This document shows, piece by piece, positions 38,933-47,009 of a DNA stretch of 55,061 nucleotides; positions within the stretch are counted from its first letter, which is position 1, and every line of letters starts with the position of its first letter. The translations under genes were made by a program, and so were the position numbers. Source of the DNA: Candidatus Thorarchaeota archaeon (GTDB taxonomy: Archaea; Asgardarchaeota; Thorarchaeia; Thorarchaeales; Thorarchaeaceae). The stretch covers positions 1 to 55,061 of the forward strand of contig JASFEF010000004.1 in assembly GCA_050124975.1 (NCBI GenBank), read 5' to 3'. The notes under the pieces were generated by a model that saw nothing but the letters and a program-made list of their open reading frames with translations, did no database searches and had not been told where the DNA came from.

Positions 38933-40006
38933 TTGGGCGAAGATAGAGAATTCGTTGAAACGGTGACTCTTACCACTCCAGAACAGGTTCCAACAGAGCG
39001 AGTTAGTCAGTACTCTGTTGTAAACTATGCGATGGAGTTTCTTCAATTAATAAGACGACATGATGTCCTTAAAGTCAAAATGGCAGAAAGAGGGCTGAAG
39101 TTTGGAGGACGAGTCCTACTCATAGGTCCACCAGGAACTGACTTTGATGCATTTCCACACTTTCTTGCAAGTGAAGTGCCTATCAAGATAGTCCGCTTCA
39201 AGTTAGAAGGAGTTCTTGACGAGAACAAAAGGAGTAAGGATGCACTAAGGGAGGGATTTGAGTTCGCTCGAAGGAATTCACCGACGTTGCTCTACATTGA
39301 GAAGATGGAAGCAATTGCCCCGAGGAACTCTGTCCAATCAATAGTACTCCAAGATGAAATCAGGAGTACTGGTTGGAGTGGGGAAGAAGTGATCACCATT
39401 GCGGCCACAACAAGACCTGAACAGGTTGATAGAGAGTTGCTCTCGCTGTACGACAGAACATACATCGTGGAGGGAACCTCAATTGATGACAGGATGCGTG
39501 TTCTTGAACAGGTCTTGAAAGATCGAGAAGACCTTGATGTGTCAGTTATTGCTGAACTGACTGATGGTTGGGGCTTCTCGGACGTAAACCACTTGGCAAT
39601 GAGCTTATACATGCAAGAAGCTGGTGAAGGTGGAGAAATGCCAAGGGAAAAGGTCGAGGAACTCATTAAACAGAGCAGAGTTGCTGCTTTTGGTGATACA
39701 AAGTTCCTTGATGCGGTTGTGAGAAAGACTAGGGGCACTCGGCAGCCTGAATTAAGCAAGCTGAGTGAAGAGTATCCAGACGAGTTTCTGGATCAGCTCT
39801 ACTTAATGGCGGTTGGTGAGGATTATGCTGAAACTCAACGTGTGATAGAGGTCCTTAACGAGGGGTTGCCTTTATCGGCTAAAGACCGTGAATTTCTTGG
39901 TCGACATCCTTTCCTACTAATCGGGTCTGCTGAGGACAGGTTGACACGTCTTCTCAGAGCCAAAAAGAGCAGCGATAGACTTCATAGAATAATGGGAAGA
40001 CAATAG
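38933..40006 (+). CDS. Degenerate (pseudo) classical-clade AAA+ ATPase
   Basis: VLLIGPPGTDFD (Walker A lacks GKT), FEFARRNSPTLLYIEKME (Walker B altered), AATTRPEQVD, IAELTDGWGFSDV. Stop abuts the SMC start. Confidence 0.75.
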   Translation: MGEDREFVETVTLTTPEQVPTERVSQYSVVNYAMEFLQLIRRHDVLKVKMAERGLKFGGRVLLIGPPGTDFDAFPHFLASEVPIKIVRFKLEGVLDENKRSKDALREGFEFARRNSPTLLYIEKMEAIAPRNSVQSIVLQDEIRSTGWSGEEVITIAATTRPEQVDRELLSLYDRTYIVEGTSIDDRMRVLEQVLKDREDLDVSVIAELTDGWGFSDVNHLAMSLYMQEAGEGGEMPREKVEELIKQSRVAAFGDTKFLDAVVRKTRGTRQPELSKLSEEYPDEFLDQLYLMAVGEDYAETQRVIEVLNEGLPLSAKDREFLGRHPFLLIGSAEDRLTRLLRAKKSSDRLHRIMGRQ

Positions 40007-43000
40007 ATGAGTGAAACTAGGGTTAATATCGAGTCAGTAAGATTGGGAAATTTCCTGTCATTCTACGCTGGAACAGTAGAATTTGACAAAGGTCTAACTG
40101 TACTTGCGGGACCTAATGGTTCAGGTAAGACCTCAATCTTCCATGCGCTGAAATTTGCCCTTGGTTCAAATCAAAGAGAGAATCGGTACAGCAAGTGGAG
40201 TGACTTCATCCGGCATGGAGCAAGTACGGCGGAGGTTGAGATATCCGTCAAGGTGAATGGCCAGAGTCGCAAGTTTCTCAGGAGAATTGATAGAGATGGC
40301 ATTCCTCGAGCATACACAGATGGACGTCGAGTGAAAGCCGCAGAACACAAGCAATTGATCAATGCTCTAGGTCTTGAAACCGACAATCCACTTGTCTTCA
40401 TGCCACAAGAGAGAATCAATGCAATACGAGAGATGGACCCATTTGAGGTCAGGAGACTTGTGGAGGAAGGAACGGGACTCGATATTCTTAGAGATAGGAT
40501 TGGTCTTCAGGAAACCGAAGTGAGTCAAAGTCGCCAAAAACTTGAGGTGGCTCTCGCTGAGTCCAAGACTGTTGAACGAGAGCTGGAGTTACTACAGCAT
40601 GATATCTTTCGTCTTGAGAAGAAGAGGGCTTTACAGACACAGGAGAGAGAGCTAGAACAGGAACTGAAATGGTCAAGTTTTGATGATCTGTCTGAAAGGA
40701 TCCAACAAACAAAAGATGAGATTGAAACAAAGGAGTCTGGTTTGGTAGGAGTCCTTGAAGAACAAAGCACGATTGAAGGACAGATTTCTGAAGAGGAAGA
40801 GAATAGTACAAAACTTGAAGCCAGTATGTCAATACTCCAGACTGAAATTGGCAGGATTATTGCCAATATTGAGGAAGAAGAGAGGAACCTTGCCAAGCTC
40901 AAAGGAGATTCGAAGAAACAAATAGTGGAACTGCGGCAACTTGAAAGCAATGTAAAGGCTGAGAAACGAAAAGAAGAGAAACTCAAGGATGACCTAGAGA
41001 GAGTATCAGCTGCGCGAGAACAGTACCTAGACCAGCAAAAGACGTTGAGTGAAGAGATCAAAGGACTGGAGGAAGAGCGAACAAGAATTAGAGATGAACT
41101 TGCCGCATTTGCTGAATGGAATACAAAGAGAGCAGAAGCACATGGTCATTATAAAGCACTTCAGGCTGAGATTGAGGGCAAGGACCTCCTCATGAGGAGT
41201 CTTCGTGAAAGACTTCAGGTAGAGGAAGCTGAACTACAAGCAATAGAAAGCAAGTGGTCACATGTGTGGGATAAGATAGAGGAAACAGATGCAAAAGAGC
41301 TAGAAGGAAGGAAATCTCAACTAGAGAGAGAGATTGCATCCCTTAACGAGGAACGGTTCAGAAAAACAAGTCGAGTAGCTCAACTTCAGAAAGAGATAGA
41401 CGATATCAAGGTCAGACTATCTGAAACATCCAAGCGAATCCCTGAATCTGTTAGAGACCTTAGTGAGGCGATTTCAGAGCACAATCTTGAGAGCGTTAAG
41501 GGACCCCTCATCAGTTTATTCACTGCGGATGACGAGATTTCGCCAGCTGTGGAAGGAGTCCTCGCAGGGAACCTCCCATTAGCGTTTGTCACCACAGATT
41601 TTTCTGACTATCAACTACTACTCAAACTTCGAAACAAGGAGGAAGCACCATCTCCAATTATCTTCCTAAGGGAAGAAGAAGTACAGGAGAGACCGGAGCT
41701 ACCTCAGGGGGCAGGAGTTGAGGATTGGCTCTGGGACAGACTCTCGGCAGACGAAGAGATTCAGTCGCTCCTTGGTATAGTATTTGGTAATTTCGTGCTT
41801 GTCAAGAATTCACAGACTGCAGCACGACTTGCTAGCAAGCGGAATTTCAGAGTCGTCACACGAGATGGCTCAATTACAATACCAAGTGATTCACAGATAG
41901 TCAGTCATCCGAAGAGTGAGCCCTCAGGAATGGTTTCCACTGCACCACTACAGTCACGGCTGGTGAAGTTGGAAAAGGATCTAACAATAGAGCGTAGACA
42001 TGTTACAGACATAATGGCGAAACTAGAAACTCTCTCGAATAGCCGAGAGGAAACATTGGAACTGATAAGCCAGATGACTCGCTGGGGTTCAACTTGGGAG
42101 CGTAGACGGAAGCTCAATGAGAGCATTCCTGAGCTTGAGGAGCGAATAGTGAGCATCGATGATGAACTGAAGACTCTACAACGAGATTATGGAAGGTCAG
42201 AGAGAAACCTCAGAAAACTAGATAATACGCAACCCCCTGAGCGCAGCAGATTGGTAGGACAGGAGTCTGCAATCAGAACAAAACACCGTCGTCTTCAGAG
42301 TGACTTGACCAAAGTGGACACAAAGGCATATGCCTCTGAGAAGGATGAGGAACTCAAGCGGCAAGAACTGAAGGGGGTCAAAGAAAGCATAACGGTACTC
42401 TCTGACAGCCTCGCCGACCTACGAGAAGAGATTAAGCAATCAAAGGATGCAACGTCGTCAATTCTTGAGAAGATAGAGATTATGCGTGAGGGTAAAGAAG
42501 AAACCAAGAAAAGGCAAACTGAGATTAGAGAAGAACTTGCAGAGGTCCGGACCACTATTAGAACACTGAGTGAAACGTTGGTTGAACTAAATCTACATGT
42601 CAAGAATCGCAGACTTGAAGTCCTGCAGTCAAAGAGACAGCTGACGAATCTTGAATATGAACTAGAGTTGATTGAACAGGAGATTCAAGGGAAGACGAAA
42701 CCTGAAAGTATTCGATCTATAGATTTAGTGAGAAGAGAACTTGTGAAACTCCGACACATCTTAGATGACTATCAAGATGTTTCAGAAACAGTTGCACACA
42801 CAGAGAACCAGTTGAAGGGCAGACTTGGAGAACTCGTGAAACGTGTTGCTGAGCTGGGTGAGGAACTAGAGGAAGCAGAGTCTACCGTTCGCACCATTAG
42901 AGAGCAGTACCACAATGGCATGAATGAAACACTTCGTAAGGTGGAGAAAGGAGTCAACGAGGTTCTAGGAAGAGTTCAATTCCCTGGTAGTGTGAGGTTC

Positions 43001-43375
43001 GAGCTTGCTCTGAGAGATGGGAGATATGGTGTTGAATTCAAGTCTCGAATCAAAACCGAGGGTTTTGGGGATATTAGTGCGGGTTCGGGTGGAGAGAGGT
43101 CTCTAATTGCCATTGGTCTGATTCTAGCCCTTCAGCGGTTCAATCCTGCACCAGTATATGTGATGGATGAGGTTGACACATTCCTTGATGCAACTAACAC
43201 AGAGCTGGTCAGTCGTCTCTTTCACGATGCATCCAGACGTAGCCAGTTCATTCTACTAACACCAGCAAAGAGTACGCATTTACTGAAACATGCTGACAAG
43301 ATACTGGGAGTTGTTTCACCGAATGGTGTTGAGCCTTCGGTGATCATCGAAAGTCCCAAGTTCAAAGCCCAATAG
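40007..43375 (+). CDS. smc: SMC protein, Smc5/6-like
   Basis: GPNGSGKT, DNPLVFMPQER Q-loop, long coiled coils, hinge GPLISLF...AVEGVLAG..LAFV....D, signature SGGERS, ALQ....P.YVMDEVD. Confidence 0.9.
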   Translation: MSETRVNIESVRLGNFLSFYAGTVEFDKGLTVLAGPNGSGKTSIFHALKFALGSNQRENRYSKWSDFIRHGASTAEVEISVKVNGQSRKFLRRIDRDGIPRAYTDGRRVKAAEHKQLINALGLETDNPLVFMPQERINAIREMDPFEVRRLVEEGTGLDILRDRIGLQETEVSQSRQKLEVALAESKTVERELELLQHDIFRLEKKRALQTQERELEQELKWSSFDDLSERIQQTKDEIETKESGLVGVLEEQSTIEGQISEEEENSTKLEASMSILQTEIGRIIANIEEEERNLAKLKGDSKKQIVELRQLESNVKAEKRKEEKLKDDLERVSAAREQYLDQQKTLSEEIKGLEEERTRIRDELAAFAEWNTKRAEAHGHYKALQAEIEGKDLLMRSLRERLQVEEAELQAIESKWSHVWDKIEETDAKELEGRKSQLEREIASLNEERFRKTSRVAQLQKEIDDIKVRLSETSKRIPESVRDLSEAISEHNLESVKGPLISLFTADDEISPAVEGVLAGNLPLAFVTTDFSDYQLLLKLRNKEEAPSPIIFLREEEVQERPELPQGAGVEDWLWDRLSADEEIQSLLGIVFGNFVLVKNSQTAARLASKRNFRVVTRDGSITIPSDSQIVSHPKSEPSGMVSTAPLQSRLVKLEKDLTIERRHVTDIMAKLETLSNSREETLELISQMTRWGSTWERRRKLNESIPELEERIVSIDDELKTLQRDYGRSERNLRKLDNTQPPERSRLVGQESAIRTKHRRLQSDLTKVDTKAYASEKDEELKRQELKGVKESITVLSDSLADLREEIKQSKDATSSILEKIEIMREGKEETKKRQTEIREELAEVRTTIRTLSETLVELNLHVKNRRLEVLQSKRQLTNLEYELELIEQEIQGKTKPESIRSIDLVRRELVKLRHILDDYQDVSETVAHTENQLKGRLGELVKRVAELGEELEEAESTVRTIREQYHNGMNETLRKVEKGVNEVLGRVQFPGSVRFELALRDGRYGVEFKSRIKTEGFGDISAGSGGERSLIAIGLILALQRFNPAPVYVMDEVDTFLDATNTELVSRLFHDASRRSQFILLTPAKSTHLLKHADKILGVVSPNGVEPSVIIESPKFKAQ

Positions 43376-43388
43376 AGAGTGAGCAAAA

Positions 43389-44048
43389 GTGAGCGAAAAC
43401 GAGAGCCTTGCCGAAAATGTCTTCAACATGGTGCAGGCCGTTCGTTCTGGTGAAATCGATCCACTTGAACTAAGATTGACTCAAGCATACAAAGACCTTC
43501 GGGATTTGGCCGCAAAAATCGACAGTAAGATAGACATAGATGAAATGCTGAACGAGATTCTCAGCACTAAAGTCGATCGAGTACACGAGCTTGCTCGAAT
43601 TTTAGCAGCCCCAGAAATCTATGTAAACAGGTTGAAGGAGCTATCGATGAGAAATCTCGCTAAACTCGCGGCATCTAGACAACCTGTAGTCATTGGACAT
43701 CTAGAACATGATTCACTTGGTAGTGCCCTCAGTCGAGTTGTTACATTGATTGACGCAATGTCACGTGAGCCAGTAGAGGACCCAGTTCCAAAGATTACTG
43801 AGCTTCCAAATGGGTTTGCTCTTGATACTGAAGACTCGGTCTTTCTAGAAGACCTAGATAGGTTCCTTTCAACGATTCCAAATGGAGATAGGACACAGTT
43901 CGATGATCTTGTGATGAACGAGGAGCTAGACCTGTTTCTGAAACACTTCCTCTATGTTGTAATCCTCGTTTCCAAGGGAAGATTGCATTATGACCCTGAA
44001 ACTCGGGAGGTCTGGAGACCCTCAATAACTGATGAAGATATGACCTGA
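43389..44048 (+). CDS. Kleisin (ScpA/Nse4-like) subunit
   Basis: 13 bp after smc. GEIDPLEL resembles the ScpA N-terminal EIDPWDI; the C-terminal FL.VVILVSKGRL resembles the ScpA winged-helix motif. Confidence 0.6.
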   Translation: MSENESLAENVFNMVQAVRSGEIDPLELRLTQAYKDLRDLAAKIDSKIDIDEMLNEILSTKVDRVHELARILAAPEIYVNRLKELSMRNLAKLAASRQPVVIGHLEHDSLGSALSRVVTLIDAMSREPVEDPVPKITELPNGFALDTEDSVFLEDLDRFLSTIPNGDRTQFDDLVMNEELDLFLKHFLYVVILVSKGRLHYDPETREVWRPSITDEDMT

Positions 44049-44074
44049 AAAAAGAAAGAGGTCTGCTTGATTTC

Positions 44075-45415
44075 TCAAGCAGAAACCTCAACAACTAATT
44101 CTTGTGAAATATCTGACTCTTCATCAACTGGTTTTGATAAACTAGCGTGAAGATTCAGCTTGGCAACAACTAAGAAACCAAGAAGTGAAACTAGTACAAG
44201 TACGAGAGCAGCACCTGTCATAGGAGGACCTGTTGCCGCGACAGTTTCCGCCCAAATCCCGCCAATAGCCATTCCAACAACTTGCAGGGCTGTGAAAGTG
44301 ACACTTAGGAGTGAGAAGACACGCCCTCGAAGTTCGTCTTCAACGAGCTCTTGCATGAGAACTGTCAGGGGAATAATCAGAACAACATCTACTGCACCAA
44401 TAATTACCCAAGACAGCATGGCTGTCACCAAGTCAAATGCAAGGACAAGTCCAAAGATTGCAATACCTGCCAAGAGCTCTGCTAATACTATCAGATAGAG
44501 AGGTTGGTCAATCTTCTGCTTGCGGCTGAAATATACTGCAGCGGCAGCTCCTGAAGCAGCTCCTGCACTCAGCACAAGACCAACTTGAGCTGAGCCTAGA
44601 CCAAGCTCGCCCTCTAGTAATGGCATGAACAGGGCGTTCAGGATACCTGATGATACTGCGAGGAGCATAGCGAAGACGAAGAGGAATGACAGGATTGAAC
44701 TACCAATGACATAGTGAGCACCTTGCTTAATCTGAGCCATCATAGACTCCTTGTCATCTATATCTCTATTCGGGATGAGATTAGTTCGGATTCCTCGAAG
44801 TGCAAGTGCAGAGAACATGAAGGCTGCAGAATTTATTGCGAATGCAAGTAAGTAGTCAGGGGCAAGGAGTGCAACCAAAATTCCACCGATTGGGGGGACA
44901 ACCAACTGAACAATCTGGAATGTCATCTGAGATAGAGAGTTTGCTGCTACCAACTCATCACCTTCGACGAGATTGGGGATTGCTGCACTCCTTGCGGGAA
45001 AGAACCATGCATTTGCGGTTGCATAGAGAAATGTGAGTAAGTAAACCCAATAGATTGTGGGCATGAATGAAGGGAAGTATATTGCGAGAGGAATGAGGAG
45101 AATGGTAATTGCGCGAACGATATCAGAAGCAACCATAATCTTCTTGCGGTTCCATCGATCAATGTATACACCAATTGGACCGGCAAAAGCAACGACAGGT
45201 AATGTTTGGGCAATGGCAAGTATAGCCATGGCCATTGGAGAACCAGTCAGGTCGTAAGCATAGAACATGAGTGCAAGATATGCAATCGCTGTTCCAATGT
45301 TAGATACTAGTTGACCAGACCATAGTAATGAGAAGTCACGATGAGCAAGGACTGCTCTGAATCCTTTCGGATCATCGTTGTCCTCGAGTTCTACAGTGGT
45401 GACTACTTCAGACAT
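44075..45415 (-). CDS. MFS transporter (DHA3/macrolide-efflux-like)
   Basis: F.LLWSGQLVS..G, G.YIDRWNRKKIM..SD..RA, PA.SA.IP..V, ELRGRVFS; 12 TM segments. Confidence 0.9.
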   Translation of the reverse strand: MSEVVTTVELEDNDDPKGFRAVLAHRDFSLLWSGQLVSNIGTAIAYLALMFYAYDLTGSPMAMAILAIAQTLPVVAFAGPIGVYIDRWNRKKIMVASDIVRAITILLIPLAIYFPSFMPTIYWVYLLTFLYATANAWFFPARSAAIPNLVEGDELVAANSLSQMTFQIVQLVVPPIGGILVALLAPDYLLAFAINSAAFMFSALALRGIRTNLIPNRDIDDKESMMAQIKQGAHYVIGSSILSFLFVFAMLLAVSSGILNALFMPLLEGELGLGSAQVGLVLSAGAASGAAAAVYFSRKQKIDQPLYLIVLAELLAGIAIFGLVLAFDLVTAMLSWVIIGAVDVVLIIPLTVLMQELVEDELRGRVFSLLSVTFTALQVVGMAIGGIWAETVAATGPPMTGAALVLVLVSLLGFLVVAKLNLHASLSKPVDEESDISQELVVEVSA

Positions 45416-45420
45416 CAGAT

Positions 45421-45519
45421 CTATCTCCTAAAATATGTCCTTGCTACTGCGGTCGTGGAAACGACAGTCTTTGTCTTCTTCCAAACCCGTGGAGTTCCAT
45501 CGATTTTAGCAAGTGCCAA
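45421..45519 (-). CDS. 32 aa cationic micropeptide P2 (MALAKIDGTPRVWKKTKTVVSTTAVARTYFRR)
   Basis: TTG start 7 nt after a GGAGGT SD; stop 5 nt before the MFS ATG; homologous in register to P1. Confidence 0.7.
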   Translation of the reverse strand: MALAKIDGTPRVWKKTKTVVSTTAVARTYFRR

Positions 45520-45524
45520 TCGAA

Positions 45525-45626
45525 TTACCTCCGATAGGTGTAAGCGTGTGTCAGAGCAAAGGTCGAAACCTTAGCTTTTTTGTTCTTGAGCAGGTATGTT
45601 TTTCGTGAGTTAGTTGTTAGAGCCAT
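45525..45626 (-). CDS. 33 aa cationic micropeptide P1 (MALTTNSRKTYLLKNKKAKVSTFALTHAYTYRR)
   Basis: ATG ~32 bp downstream of a TATATATA box; stop 5 nt before the P2 start; homologous to P2. Confidence 0.7.
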   Translation of the reverse strand: MALTTNSRKTYLLKNKKAKVSTFALTHAYTYRR

Positions 45627-45658
45627 GATATTTCACAAGAAATACTGCTCAATTTTGG

Positions 45659-45666
45659 TATATATA
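45659..45666 (-). promoter_or_regulatory. TATA box of the P1-P2-MFS operon
   Basis: TATATATA at canonical distance from the P1 ATG. Confidence 0.55.
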
Positions 45667-45696
45667 GCGGAGCCACTTTTCAGGGTCACAGATTGA

Positions 45697-45713
45697 AGTC
45701 ACATATTGTGACT
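45697..45713. promoter_or_regulatory. Palindromic TF-binding site candidate AGTCACA-TAT-TGTGACT
   Basis: Perfect 7-3-7 inverted repeat plus an extra GTCACA half-site at 45685-45690, between divergent promoters. Confidence 0.55.
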
Positions 45714-45790
45714 ATGTAAGATTGAGGCGCCCTTTGTCAGGATGAGAAACCGAAACCCTCAGACTTTAAACAACTCAGGAGGTTGGGAGG

Positions 45791-46309
45791 ATGTTGTGCA
45801 GAATGAACGAGTATGCCATCCTAATGAAGCTCCTAACAAGGTCAGGAGACCCCATAGGTGCAGGTGTAGATGACATGCTTGATGCACTCGGTCTTCCCGA
45901 GGATATAGGAAGGGAAATCCTATTCAGACGGTTGGGGGAGTTACACTCCAGACTTGAACCTGTAGGACTGACAATCAAACACAATCCGGTAAGCAGTGTA
46001 TTCTATGTCGACACAATACACCAGTCAAAGATGAAACAAGACTCGATGCTCCCAGATAGGTTGGCTGCTACTCTTCTTATTGTAATCACACTTGCGTACC
46101 AAGAAGGGGGATGGGTTTCCTATGACCGAGTGCGAGAGTTTCGGAAGAAGAGTCTGCGAGGAGTCATGGAGGACTTGAGGGAGCTTCAGAATCAAGGATA
46201 CATTGAGTTAGACCCAGCTGATAAGAGGGTGCGGTTAGGTCTTCGTGTCCCCTTTGAGATTGATTATGAGGCATTCTTTAGAGACCTTGTAGCAGAGAGA
46301 GAACAGTGA
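45791..46309 (+). CDS. KITE-like tandem winged-helix protein (ScpB/Nse1/Nse3-like)
   Basis: 172 aa with two wH-like halves: L..L.S.L...GL.I......FY, then L..LAATLLIVITLAY...VS, and L..L.NQGYI......RLG.R. Near smc and the kleisin. Start may be ATG 45803. Confidence 0.6.
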   Translation: MLCRMNEYAILMKLLTRSGDPIGAGVDDMLDALGLPEDIGREILFRRLGELHSRLEPVGLTIKHNPVSSVFYVDTIHQSKMKQDSMLPDRLAATLLIVITLAYQEGGWVSYDRVREFRKKSLRGVMEDLRELQNQGYIELDPADKRVRLGLRVPFEIDYEAFFRDLVAEREQ

Positions 46310-46358
46310 CTTCGTTAGTTTTATCAAGGCAACGTCTGAGGACAACTCGGTCTGAATC

Positions 46359-46718
46359 ATGTCACACAGACGTTCACTAAGATTCTCAAAAACGACCTGC
46401 CCGATCTGCGGTAGCAAGGAAGTTGCCCGTGATGATCACAAGGGAGACCTCCTCTGCACAAACTGCGGTCACATCATAGTCCGTACTGAAACAAGATCAG
46501 TTGGGAAATTCGATGTCGCTCAACATCTCAAGAGAAACGGAAAGATGAATTTCTCAGGTCTACAACAGGTGACGGCTGCCTCCGACGACAAACTGTTCGG
46601 TGTAATTCAGAACATGCTCAATATGGGCTTGATCACAGACATTGGTGGGCAGTACTCACTCACCAAGAAAGGACAGAGATGGTACCGTCAGAGGTTAGGG
46701 CAGGAATGGGGATACTAG
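46359..46718 (+). CDS. TFIIB-type Zn-ribbon plus winged-helix protein
   Basis: CPICGS....D...GDLLCTNCG; C-terminal wHTH ending MGLI....QYSLTKKG. Confidence 0.75.
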   Translation: MSHRRSLRFSKTTCPICGSKEVARDDHKGDLLCTNCGHIIVRTETRSVGKFDVAQHLKRNGKMNFSGLQQVTAASDDKLFGVIQNMLNMGLITDIGGQYSLTKKGQRWYRQRLGQEWGY

Positions 46719-46738
46719 CCCCTTGCGGGGCATACCCC
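46708..46738 (+). terminator. GC-rich hairpin overlapping the Zn-ribbon gene stop
   Basis: GCCCC-TTGC-GGGGC (46718-46731) with an outer GGGG/CCCC extension. Confidence 0.45.
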
Positions 46739-46818
46739 TCACATTAGTGGACACTATTTTCTGGGAAATAGCAAATCAAGGCGCCTTCAATTTTGTGCAA
46801 TATTCCGGCAAAAATAAG

Positions 46819-46826
46819 TTTATTAA
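46819..46826 (+). promoter_or_regulatory. TATA box (TTTATTAA) with purine-rich BRE for the candidate ncRNA
   Basis: AAAAATAAG-TTTATTAA; the TATA begins 30 nt before the 5' G of the terminal stem. Confidence 0.55.
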
Positions 46827-46848
46827 CCGACACCAAGCGGTCAACTCA

Positions 46849-46952
46849 GGATTCGATTCGTCGATTTCTACAAATCTTCAATCTCCCTCCTACCACGCGA
46901 TAAACGTGCTGGCTCAAAAGGCTAGCGCGAACACACACACCGAATCGGATCC
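46849..46952 (+). ncRNA. Candidate ~104 nt structured small RNA of unknown family
   Basis: 12-bp terminal stem GGATTCGATTCG/CGAATCGGATCC, internal hairpin 46905-46929 with G-U pairs, upstream TATA, downstream pyrimidine/T tract. Confidence 0.6.
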
Positions 46953-47009
46953 CATCTTCTCCTTTTTCACTCTTCAAGAATCTGAATAGATGACTTTGCG
47001 AAGCTTCTT

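Noticed and set aside
45416-45790. Small ArsR-like regulator expected upstream of the MFS gene
   Set aside because: No such ORF; the space holds the two micropeptide ORFs and promoters.
40007-46309. Wadjet/MksBEFG or Rad50-Mre11 system
   Set aside because: No JetD/Toprim nuclease, gene order differs, and the SMC has a globular hinge rather than a CxxC zinc hook. The phosphoesterases are 16 kb away and lack Mre11 features.
46849-46952. tRNA, SECIS or telomerase-like template (ACACACACAC)
   Set aside because: No cloverleaf or T-loop in context, no selenoprotein gene adjacent, no reverse transcriptase in the window; a short AC run alone is not evidence.
46723-46989. 88 aa ORF in the track
   Set aside because: TTG start inside a hairpin, no SD, no recognisable protein features; it spans a promoter and the structured RNA candidate.
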